A DNA stretch of 51,580 bases, filler included, from Dimargaris cristalligena (Eukaryota), in the NCBI GenBank assembly GCA_003614675.1. It is 2 parts of 2 records of this genome, joined end to end, with 100 filler letters (N's around TTAATTAATTAA, not from the genome) between each part and the next. Parts side by side here need not be neighbours in the genome. Positions count along the whole stretch, not along the records: positions 25,862 to 51,580 come from ML002557.1; 1 more part is not named here. One strand, 5' to 3'. A model generated the notes under the pieces. That model worked only from the letters and a program-made list of their open reading frames with translations. It searched no databases and was not told the DNA's origin. The position numbers and the translations under genes were made by a program. The stretch's first letter is position 1. The number at the start of each line of letters is the position of its first letter. Positions 33,567 to 45,039 of the stretch are shown here, piece after piece.

Positions 33567-36500
33567 TTATTTCGGCGGATCCGGGTCATACCAATCGGGA
33601 ATATGCCACACAAAAATCTGGGACCCGCTAGTAATTACCGCCTGGTTGGCGTGAACCTTCAAGTGAGAAATCATGGGGGTGGGGTGTTGCATCCAGGGAC
33701 TGGTGAGCAAATGTTGGGGTATGGTGGTCAGGTGGTGTATGTCGTTGGGGTCGGAGCGGTGGATCATCGAGTCGAGTGGCAAATGGGTGGACCAAATTCG
33801 GTTCAGGATAGTCTGGATGGTGACAGGCTCGTGGCGGGTTCGGGGCTGGTCGCGGGTAGAAAGATTCAGACTCTCCGGGTGCGGGTAGCGAGCGGCCACA
33901 GCAAAGGCAGTCGCCGCCTCCGCCGACATTTGCGAAGGCGTGGTAGTTCTAGTTGGGGCAGTGGGAGTAGTTGCAGTGGGTGCGGCGGCTGTAGGATTGA
34001 GGAGTGTTGCGGCGAGAACGGGCGATGGTGCGGTAGCTTGTCTGAAGGACGGGGGGTAGGCAGGGGAGGTCGGCAGGTCTCGCAGCTGGGTGTGGGGTTT
34101 CCAGTCTCTGACCGATCGGGTACCAGCCGACATAGCATGGAAAGAATCCAGTGGGCGGGCGGTCAAACAATCCCAGGCCATCACTTGGCCACGGTAATCG
34201 GCACTGACCAAAATGGTACCATAGAGTCCCAAATGGGTTACGGGGTGGTTGTGGGCTTGAAACTGAAAATAAGGGGAAATTCCAGCGTCGATGGTATCGG
34301 TCGGGGGCGGGCGCGCCGCGGGCGGGGCCAGGCTAGGGGGGCGGCGAATAGGCCAGAACCGAATGGTGCCGTCCAAATGACCTGTAACAAGAGATGTGAA
34401 TTGGGTGCCTGGTTCGTCTGTCAGAATTTTGAGCAGTATAGGATGGAAAGGGTTGTTAGGATGCGGGTCAGTGTCGCCACGAGTCATGGCTGAAGGGGAT
34501 ATTTTCAAGGCAGGATCAGAAGGTCCTTGGATTCCACCCGAACCTGGCAAAGGTCCGGCTGAGTGGATTTGCACGCTGGTGACGGGGGACATCTCGGGAC
34601 CGTGTGTTCCATGATAAAGCATACAATATTCGGCAACATCTCGAAGGGTGATACGGGTGAGCCAAGGATACCGAGAATGCCAAAAATACAAAGAACGGTT
34701 GGGCCAGTCTGGAATGATTTTAACGATGCGGGAGGTGAACACGGTCAGGTCGGGATGAAGGTGATGCGGCGGGGGTTCCTGCTCTTCGGCATTGGCGTCG
34801 AATGGCCCCAAGGAGACATTCACAGTTGCCAGATGGTACTGACGCCAAACAAAAATAGAGCCCTGGCGAGTGGCGATGACTACCGGGCGGTTAGGGCGAA
34901 ACTCTATACCAATTATGTGGTCGTTGGCTTGGATAATGAACGATGCTAGGCATACCCCGTGTTGTGCATCCCAGAGTTTGACGCTATGTTCCAATACAGA
35001 GGCCGTTAGTAATTGGGAGGCAGGCAGGCAGGGATCACTGTCATCCGTCGGCCAGTTTATTAGTGAAACTGGGCCCGCATGGGCCTGTATTACTAAGGAG
35101 GCTGGCCATTTAGAATTTTCGAAACAAGCAACACGATTGAGCAACTTGATGGACCCGTCGCTGTAACCATAGACTATGCGATCCCTAGTGTATAAGAAGT
35201 GTGCCAATTGGTATATAATGGGTTTAATATCAGGGGGAGGGCGGTTAGAATGTACCAAAGTAAACACCTTATCCAACATGGGAAGGCATATAGTACCAGA
35301 GGCGAGTCAATCTAAACCCAAAACTGACTCACTGCATGCCCTATTAAGGGTATGTTGGTTCAAGGGGAAATGTAGTAACTGGCAAGGTCATGCATCTACT
35401 TACGCACAAAGGGCGGTGGCAGTCATCGTGACCGACTCCGGCGGCAAGTCGTCATGGTAGAACTGTGGGGTCTGGAAATCCGCACCTGGTAGAAGATGGC
35501 GCCGGGAAAAAGTGCCTACATAAGCATAAGCACATGTCGTACACAAGTTTCAAATAAAAAAAACGAAAATGAAAGTAAATTAGAGTCGGACTTGCTCAAG
35601 GATTGCCCAGGCTGGGAATGGTATTCATGCAGGTCGAGTTTAACACTCAATGCGATGCATAAACAAGGGTAATCCTAACTTTAAGCACGGAATTCAATGG
35701 GGATGCGAAGGACGCAGGGGGGAAGTCATTATGCAATGTAAGTTGAATTTAATCAACCCTACACACTGGGGTCCATATGTCGCCATTTTTCCTCTGTGCA
35801 AGAGAGATACAAACAGGATACTTGCACCTCAAGGGATTCCCGCGTTACAACTGTCACCCCCGCCTTCAGCTGTTTCACTTGGCATAAGCCAGATCAAGTA
35901 AACAGCAACTCCCACCCCAGACATATAAAAGTAACCATTGACAATAAAACACTTCAAGCCCATATCTATACAATTCGGGGGGAAAAGGGGGGTACTTTAC
36001 CAGCTTCCTTGGATCCTACGATAATACAGCCAGTGCTGAAATCACACCAGAGGTCCGAAATTGGTCGAGGAATATTGGAGGCAAAGGCATTGCTCTGCCA
36101 AGTGCCAGTCCGGAGTCGTCTATATTAAGAGGGTCACATGGTGGAGTCCAATAAACAAGGGAATGTATCAAGTCCAGCCAATGTTAGATGGTTTTAATTT
36201 TAATGATTAGCAACCTGGAACTAGCTAGGGATGAGGTGGGGGAAGGTTTGGTTGTTGAAAAGATTCCCATGTAGGGTAAACAAGCCACCCATGCCATGGT
36301 TAGATCCCCAGAATCCAACTTGGCCCGCCCTAATCGGCCATTGGTACCAGAATTCTGATCAGAGTTAAAGAGTATATTCTGGTTCCTTTTAAATGGGACC
36401 ACATACCTTAGTCGTTTGCGAATCGCAATGTATTCAGTCCGCCATGTTTGAGCTTTGGGAAAAGTCCTGGTAGGATTGTCCGTATAATAGAGTAGGTAGG

Positions 36501-37167
36501 TATTATGAAGTGGGGCAGCCTAATGAGTCGAATGTCGCTTAAAGTCTAGTATAGACCAACGCGTGGATCACATGTATAAATATGCATACGTACATAGGGT
36601 AAGGCACGCCTAGCAATGTAAAAAAAAAAACACGCCTGAAATATCTGCATGCGGCTCTACCCCCCTCCCGCTCTTTCCTATACACACTCTCTATATCCGG
36701 ATTATACTTACTGGAGGAGTAGATAGTTGCGAAGGTCACGGAAAAACCGGGCTCTCCAGGTGGGCTCAGTATCAATGAGGCCATGCCAAGTCTGGTTAAC
36801 CCATTGGGCCTCGTCCTGGTTAGGGAAATGGTATAGAGAATATTGCGTGAAGAATGGTACAACAGTCGCCACCCTTGGCAAACATTAGTGGATAGCTCTA
36901 GTTTAGTCCTGCCCACCCAAATGGGGGGGTGATCGTGCAGATAATATTAGTTGGTTTAGCGAACAGGCGGTACCGGTCTTCCCTCTAATAATAACCCTAA
37001 ATGTTGCCGTATGCAAACGTCGGTTCCGCTCTAGAGCCATGTATCGAATAAAGGGTATATTCACTTACCCGTGAGTTAATATCTGCATAGCTGAAAATGA
37101 TACGAAGCACGTCGGGAGGCAGACCGCCATAGCTCAAAGCAGAGCCGGTGGGTTCTGATACGGACAT
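33567..37167 (-). CDS. F-box / WD40-like repeat protein (multi-exon; internal exon boundaries approximate)
   Basis: Exon 1 contains LPPDVLRIIFSY and the next exon LSTNVCQGWR (F-box). The large terminal exon has WD-like repeats (GYSDGSIKL, AHAGPVS, SVKLWD, GHLDGTIRFW, AHNHPVTHL, GQVMAWD, IFVWH). Small intermediate exons near 36.4-36.5, 36.0-36.1 and 35.85 kb. Confidence 0.7.
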
Positions 37168-37989
37168 TGTATTACGGCCAATAAAGCCCGTCGGGGGAGG
37201 GGGGATATTGTGTGATGAAGAAGCGGTCAAAGGGGTGTTCAAGGTAGCAGTGGGTTAAAAGGAAGAAGCGAGGAATGCCACGAGGCTAACGGACAAATGT
37301 GTACGAGCGAAGGAGAGGAATACAAAGTGCAGTAATAAACGAGAGAATGCCCTGAATGGACAATGCCGGATGGAAGGGGGAGAGCGAATTGTCTAGGGGA
37401 GACGGGACATATTATCTATGCGCATACAAGCAGACCCGAGCACAAGGGAAAATAGACGGGAGAAGAGAGCGAAGACTAGCGCGAGTCGGGGCGGCACCGT
37501 CAAATACTATGACGTCAATTGCTAGCTCGTAGGAAGCCGTGGTAGACGAAGTAAGAAGAGGTGCGGGAAGAATAGGGCGAGGCTACCCCAAGGCGGGAAA
37601 AGCCATACAGAGAGGAGAAGGCCGAAGCGGAGGCAACTGTGTAGAGAATTACGGAGTCAGGGGAGGAGGCGCCATCACAAATTATATACAGAAATCCACT
37701 TGAGTATCACCAATAAAATAAAAGTGCACTGGGAGGGGCGTGAGGATAGGCCTATATAATTGCCCTTTCAGTATGTAGAAGACGGACACCCGGTTAAACA
37801 GTGAAGGGGGCGAGGGTCAGTCAAGGGGAGCAAGTCACAACTGCACACTCATGTTAACCCCAGCTTTACATAGCATACCGTACCACCCGGTAAATTGCCT
37901 TACTTTAGCCTATAGTTTACTGACTCGTTGCTGTCGACGGGGAATCGGCGTGACCCATTTTAATACAGTGGCTGGAAAACCCTCACATC

Positions 37990-38050
37990 CACCCACACTT
38001 ACACACACACATCCACCCGCGCACACGCACACATACACACGCACGCACAA
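37990..38050. repeat. Imperfect CA-rich simple repeat
   Basis: acacacacac...gcacacgcacacatacacacgcacgcac. Confidence 0.8.
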
Positions 38051-41000
38051 CATCCCCCACCCAAGCCCACGGAAATGGCGACGTGAACGGGGGAGAATCC
38101 CAATTGACGGTCTGCAGGAGAGGGTCTGTCGGGGTGTGAAAGCGCAGGTCTGAGCCGCCCTCCTTCCACTTGGTAAGTTAGTGACCCCAGGGGTTGGTCA
38201 AATGCTATTTCAGAAACATTACCGCAAAGCGCTGCACCAGAAATGGTCGTGGTACTACATACCCATACTGTCAATCTACTTAGTGGTCCGCAAGGCCATA
38301 GTTAGCACACTGGATTCATTATATAGACATACTAAGCCGGGGCTATATTAGGAACGAGCGAATCGGGGCAAAAGCATGGTGTGAGTCCCTGTCTCCTCGA
38401 TCGCAACTTCACCCACCCCTCTTTGTCTTTCGCCAGTCTCACCTAGTCCAGTGGTGCCAAGGACAACAATGGGGCTGCGTTTATCATCCCATTCACCCAG
38501 ACTGCCAGTTTTTTTTTGGCTGCAGGGGCTGGCTGATTACTACTGAGAAGGCGCGGATAGATTCTCCCTTAGTACCCACTGGTCTCCGGCCCATCCCTAT
38601 TGGCAATTCCTCCCTGGCGTGTCTATTAGGTAGGATTTCCCAAAAAGATACGGCGGCTCTTCGTTTTCTTAACGAGTGAGCCAGATGGACAGGTTCCAAA
38701 ATACCCACCAGTAGAATGGCCCGACTCAAAATAGGCCTCTTGGAATAAGTCAGTTCTAGGAATGGCTTTCCTCACGCCCCAAATATAGCCAGGGGTTTTG
38801 GGCAACCAATGGGCATGAGTTTGGAATTCCACCGCTTGTCATTCGGAACAATTGGTTAGCTGCTCCAATTTGGTTAAATGCCTATAGTCCTCCTATTCCA
38901 GTATGTCCATGCCACCGGATGTCAGCGGTGAATAACAGGTAAAAGAAATGCCAATATATAGCCAAAAGCTGCTTGAGCCAACCCTATGGATGTCGTTGCT
39001 GAATTGCCCTATTTTGAGCGATACACTACTACACTCCAATCCCCTTCACTTTTCCCCGGTTGGCCTATTGTTTCCAAATTATATATATATAAATGTGGAT
39101 ATGGATATGTGTACGCTGTTTCCCCCTACTGCACGGGAGTTTTCTCAGCAATAGTTAGATACACCGATTAGGCAAAAACAGTAACCCGTGTAAGTGCAAT
39201 ATTAACTCTGTTCTATCCGGCCAAGTATGGCAAGGAGGGCAATGTCATTTGTACACTAGTATCCGCCATCCCAACTGCCTGTTAAGACAGTGGAAAGGGG
39301 TGCAGTAACCCTCCCCAGCATAGGGAAGAGGTTCGATCACTCTACTCCCCTGCCTCGTCCAGTGAACGATAACCATCTTGATCACGTTTCAAGAGTATGG
39401 CCGGCATGGGCCAGCGGTAGTGATGCCAGTGGAGGTAGTCCATGGCTAGGCTGGTCCCCCCGCCCTATTCGGCATCATCGGCCTTTTTTTCCTCATTGTC
39501 ATATTGTTCACCCGAACCCAGTCAATTATATTACAGGTGTCCAGTGCGGTAGATGCTGTCATCTGACGGCGAATTCACCGCCCCTTCTCTGACTGAATCT
39601 TACCTTATCGCCGGCACTTTAAATATTAAACCTCGGTGAACCAGGCCCCGTCCCTCTGTCCACCTGCATCGCGTTGGGGTTATTTCGGCGACTGTTCGTT
39701 ACCAAAAGTGGACGCCCTTGGATTAATGTAGACTGCCCGATGAGACAGCAGCGGCCTGTAAAAAATATTGGGTGGAATAGGAGGATCCAGCATGATTAAC
39801 AGAGCTGAGAAGCCGGAGCCCAGCCGTAGTGTATGTGTGCGCGTGTGTGAATCACTATTACTGGATCAACTCTGATGCCTGGAACCCTGAGCTGGTCGTT
39901 GTTTACCCGTCTTCTCCGCATTATGTTTTAGAATCTGCAGTTGAGCCACTGGTAAAAGGTCATCCAATCTATTTGGTGCTGACATGGGACGTTATTGTGC
40001 TAATCGTCCTGTACCGTTGGCATTGTCCTCCATTTTCTCCCAACGCTAGCGGTACGAATGCCCTCCCCCCTCTCCATCACTCAGATTTCTATACACCGAA
40101 AGCTATTTTGATGTAGCACGGTCACGTAGTTTAACCTCTGGCCGGTCTTAACAACTCGGCCGTGCACCCGCGTGATCCCTTCCGGATTCTCGTCCAATCC
40201 CCTCACCAACTCGAGCACTTACCGCTGAGTTCTGTACGTCACTGTGCAGGTCGGGGTGACCAACCCCCAATCTCCCTCAGTCTCAATCCCAGCAATTAAG
40301 CCATCAGCTTAGATCATGGGCGGCGGTGACCCTGTTACATATATTTCTGCTTTTCGGGTCAGGATAATCCCGAAGTATGGGTGGGGAGTTGATTCCTCCG
40401 GATGTTGTCATTCCAGCCATTCAATCACGAACGATAGATAGTATGATCAAATAAATATCTAATTTGTCCGCGACCTAGGTAGGTCACCCTGCATTCCATT
40501 TACGTTTTCTATTCAATCCCGAGTCTATTCGACCCCCCCCAGCTCACCTCCTACAGATACCTGAAATCTGAAACAAAGGAGAAGATTGGTGAAAATAGCT
40601 CACCATACTTTACGCAGTGGTACAGCCAAGTGGCATTGCAATTCCAAATGACGGAGGGTCAATATTAAGCCACCAGACTATGTATGGGCTCGTTAAGGGC
40701 CCAAGTGGGCCAATTGGACCGCTATGAATGTCGGTCCGCGAGAGTATTACGGCCGGTGGGGGGGGGGGTGTCAGGATCCTCACCATTAAGTAGGGGTTAG
40801 CTTTACCCTTCCCAGGGCAAAGAAATGTGCACGAAATAGACATAGCTGGAATTACAATGACATCCCTAATTGGTCCTTGACGGATTCCCAGACCCATTTT
40901 CCCCATAAACTACACCCGCAATATAACAGCCATGACAACAACCGTAATAATAATTATGCAAGCTCACCTTATCATGTGTTCAGAGTCATACCTGGGTTTT

Positions 41001-42985
41001 GGTTTGAGTTCCAAATCGGATGACAGGAAAGCCCAATTGGGAGGTGGGGGATGACAGTGAAGCACACCTGTTGGCTAAGCCTTCGTGGTGCCAAATTTTT
41101 ATCACATTAGGCATCCGTGATACTGACCATGGCGCTGTGGGAATTTACACGGCACTAATATCACATTTCAGCTCGAGTATCCGAGTTCTTACGGGTACTC
41201 GGCTAGTCTAACGTATAGTCGGCATTAGAGGATACCGGAGCAAGTATGGGGGCCGGGGCGAAATAATCAGGGTGGATGTAAGATGCTGGTCCTGGTACTG
41301 TGTCTAGTTGAGATATCGACCTGGTTGGCTTTGCAGAATCTTTGAAAGCTACAGGGGTTTCCCAGGCGACTAGATATATATATTATAAAAGCTAATGTGC
41401 GATGGGTTCTACTTGCTTTGACGACCAGGGTTAACTCGATTCTCAAACCGGAAACCAGTCGGAGTAATTGGTCCACGAGCAACGTTCATAATGCCTATCG
41501 ATTAGACACCGGCTATTGGTGGTTGATGTTGGTTCTTTACCTAGTATAAAGCTGCTGTAATCCGTGAAGTGATGTATATATATCCGTTGGCTACCATACA
41601 TAGGTTTTATCCACCCATTTATTATGCAATATTAAATTTTGGAGACACCTTCAATAACAGGAGTGGCCATGCCCTGGTAGAATGAAATTCTGCCGTTTTA
41701 TTGCATCCGTTGCCTCACCCATCTTGAAATGCCTAATAACAGACTAGTCGTCACACCTACCAGTATGCTTTCAAAACCCCACTCTAAACTATTTTTGAAA
41801 TCATATAACCACCGAGCCTCCATCCTGCGCCCAGTAGGCATGGATGGGTTGAACATTTTCCAAGTTGCCTTTAGACTGATTGGCCTCGCATGAACAACGG
41901 AGGCTTGTGCTTGAACATCGAAGAACTAGAGCTGAGGGACTGATATGTAAGCGTGGACTGCGACGAGGGGTAATGCATAATAATATAGTGTATCTCTGGC
42001 CTTTAAAAATGTAGTGGCCTGGGAAGGCCCAGGTACACCTCTATTGTATACTTAGAAAACCCGTGGCTTTAAATTAATTAATGAGCAGTAAAAGTAGATA
42101 CTCTTAGTAGCGATTCAACTACTAGCGGCAGGTAAAATAAATGTTCATATTGATGAGCAATCGCAAAACACAGTGCATATAATACAACTGGGGTTAACGT
42201 TAGGAAAGGTATGAAGTAAATGCGGAAAGTTGGTCATTAACGGTAAATTTAATGAATTGCCCTAAACAGAACAATTGCATCGTTATGATACTTTAAATGT
42301 TCAATATCACGGCCTTGGTGGTACAGGGGTCATTTAAAACAATTGCCCACGTCTGTTCCGCTAAATATATAGTCATTCTATCGTTTGTTTTTTTGGACCC
42401 TTCCCCTGAAATAAAATGGTTCCAACTGGAATGAGCAGTTGTCCATCATTTATACTGGTTGATCCAGGAACGAATGACTCATGTAAAATTCTGTTTCTGG
42501 AATAAATAAGCCACTAATAATTCCGACCGATGTGAGGAGAGACCGGAAATGGGATCATCTCAAACCAAGCCCCTGCGTCCTAAGCGACATGGGATCTAAT
42601 CTAGCACCAATAGTGTAATGTACGATATGGTCTAGGTGATTTGGAGGACGGGGAGTCGATCCGGTTAACAAGTCTGTAGCCGATCTCAATTTGTGTTTAC
42701 GGTTATAAATTGCATGACTTATCTAAATCGGACTAAGTTCGGGCATCGAGACATAGATGTCCTTTTCTAGGGGCACAGCGTCACTGCTTTTGAAATTTGA
42801 GCTAAACTATAGTTTATGCGATCCAAATTTACTAAATCAGTTGAGATGGGGCACGGCCACGCCATAATGGCTTCATAACCAGCACCATCAGGAGTCGCTG
42901 TGGTGCAGGAGTCAATTATGATTAAATTGGACTACCGACACGCGGAACTGGACAAACACAATTTGGTTAGCCCCGCGAAACCATC

Positions 42986-42992
42986 TATAAAA
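42986..42992 (+). promoter_or_regulatory. TATA box of the CAP gene
   Basis: TATAAAA ~140 nt upstream of an ATG in strong context (ccaccATG). Confidence 0.55.
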
Positions 42993-43129
42993 GTCACATC
43001 GGGCGCTCCTCCATTAAATATAACCAACCATCAATTTCCAGGTTCGATTTCATCGTTCAAAGTTACTAAACCACTTCATCAAAACCGTCCATAAGCTGAC
43101 ATTTTTCCCCTCTCCCGCTGTCATCCACC

Positions 43130-43774
43130 ATGAAGAATCTCATTGCCATCTGCTGTATTCTGCTCGGCGCCAGCTCCTCGGCCCTCCCCGTCGATGCTGC
43201 CCCGGCTGTCCAGTCTGCCACTGGCATGCCTGTCACCAACCATGCCGGCCTCATGTGTCCTAAATTTAATGGCAGGCTCGAACTGCTTGCAGGTCCGCCC
43301 AAGGTGGGCGACAGTTTCTACCAAGTCTCTCCCAAGCCCCACCCGATTGATTCCGCTGCCCTCAAGCTGGAAGCCTCCTCAGCCCATCTGGCCCAGTGCT
43401 TCAACTTTGCCAACCAGGGTTGGGTGCTTAATATGGTCAACAACTACCGCGCCCGGGTGGGGTCCCCACCCGTCCAGTACAACTGGCAGCTGGAACGGAT
43501 GGCCAATGACCACAGTGTCTACCAGTACAATGCCAACACCATGACCCACTACGATCCCGCCGGCGACTTGGGGACGCGCATGACCCGCATGGGTATCAAC
43601 TGGCAGGCCATTGGCGAAAACGTGGCCTTTAACTACCCCGATGAGGGGTCCGTTATGGATGGCTGGCTTCGTTCCCCTGGCCACGAGCGCAATATTCGCA
43701 ACCCCAGTTTCACCCAAATGGGTGTGGCTCGTGTCGGCAATTACTGGACTCAGGTGTTCATGAGGACCTTTTAA
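43130..43774 (+). CDS. Secreted CAP/SCP-domain protein (bacterial YkwD-like subtype)
   Basis: Signal peptide MKNLIAICCILLGASSSA. CAP motifs VNNYRAR, ANDHS..Q...MTH, GENVA, WLRSPGHERNI, MGVA and YWTQVF. Intronless, 214 aa. Confidence 0.92.
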   Translation: MKNLIAICCILLGASSSALPVDAAPAVQSATGMPVTNHAGLMCPKFNGRLELLAGPPKVGDSFYQVSPKPHPIDSAALKLEASSAHLAQCFNFANQGWVLNMVNNYRARVGSPPVQYNWQLERMANDHSVYQYNANTMTHYDPAGDLGTRMTRMGINWQAIGENVAFNYPDEGSVMDGWLRSPGHERNIRNPSFTQMGVARVGNYWTQVFMRTF

Positions 43775-44534
43775 TCGCATTCGGGAGCTAATGCTCAGCA
43801 GTGCTAATAGCACAGTGGGCCAGGTGGGGCGTGTTCTTACTAGGCGGTCGAGCGACCCACCTATTCCACTCCAGGTTTTATTTTCGAATATATCTCACTA
43901 TTAGTCTCGTCCTCTAGTTTTCTTCATTTTTATATAAAATAAAATACACTAATAACCCCATTAACTGCAATTTTAATCATCAGGGGGGTTATACAATGAT
44001 AGTACAGCTTTATAAAGACTTTATTTATATCTTTAGACATGTTGTGGTTGTACTTAATACCACAAGATAATATAGCCTGATAACCTTATCAGGGCCGGCT
44101 GGAGAAGTAACAGTCCGGTGATAAAACTAGCTAACTATAGGAAAACACGCACTCAGCGGGAACGATTCTTATCTGATCTTCAGACAGGGACAACTAGGCA
44201 ACCGGGGATCACTCAAGGATCCCTCTAGTGCGCGGCGGATAAGGCAAAATGACGACGTGGATAGAACAAGACCGGGGATCGAAATAAAACTGAATAGTAA
44301 ACTATACTCATGTAAAAACTGCTTGTCTTTAATTTAAGAGAATGCCCAACGGGTATTTATATAAAATGGAACATAGTGACTTACTGGTGCTATGATGGTA
44401 CTAGATAATAGAATATTGAAGGCCACCAATGTTGGCGGCTTTGGAGGTGCAAAGGCTGGGGATATGCCCCAGACTTCTATAACTAGAACATCCTCGATCT
44501 ACGAATAATACTATGAATATTGAATAATGGAAAG

Positions 44535-44655
44535 GTGGCCTATAAATAGATAAGAAAAGATGAAGACTGACCTTCAGTGATGTTCTTCATCTTTTCTAAA
44601 CTAAAAATAGTTTGGCCGGGATATAATACCAAAGATTAAGTAGGCCCGGCCACAA
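44535..44655. repeat. Dispersed double-hairpin repeat, copy 2 (inverted relative to copy 1)
   Basis: Stems gaaaagatgaaga/tcttcatcttttc (44554-66/44584-96) and tggccggg/cccggcca (44613-20/44645-52). Confidence 0.9.
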
Positions 44656-45039
44656 CAACCAAGTGCCCCAGAGTTTCTACGATTGCTTACATCAAATCTC
44701 GCTAAAGAATCAAAACCGGCACTTAAATAGACAAATGTGTTAGGCTTGATATGATTTTGCCGCGACGACAGTAACCAGCTGATTTAGTTTCATCAAACCA
44801 AGCATGCCAGTTTATGGTTGGTTATTGGCGTTTGGCGAGAAAAAATGGAAATATAACTTTACTGTTTTATATGTTTACTATCAATGGTCTCGAAATGAGC
44901 CTTAAGGTATATTGGATAGGAGTGATAAACAAATATGGTATTTTTTGTGACTTAAACATGGACTTCTAAAATAGAATGTCACTTTGGCCGAAGGCAAATG
45001 TCATGGAAGGGAGTTCTCCCAGATTCCACAATACCACGG

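Noticed and set aside
39297..39350. tRNA-like GGTTCGATC with flanking GGGG/CCCC
   Set aside because: Too short, no D-arm, mismatched T-stem.
25640..44655. The two inverted double-hairpin copies as terminal inverted repeats of a 19-kb giant element
   Set aside because: An artificial contig join lies between them, so orientation and distance are unreliable. The enclosed genes are mostly housekeeping and there is no transposase.
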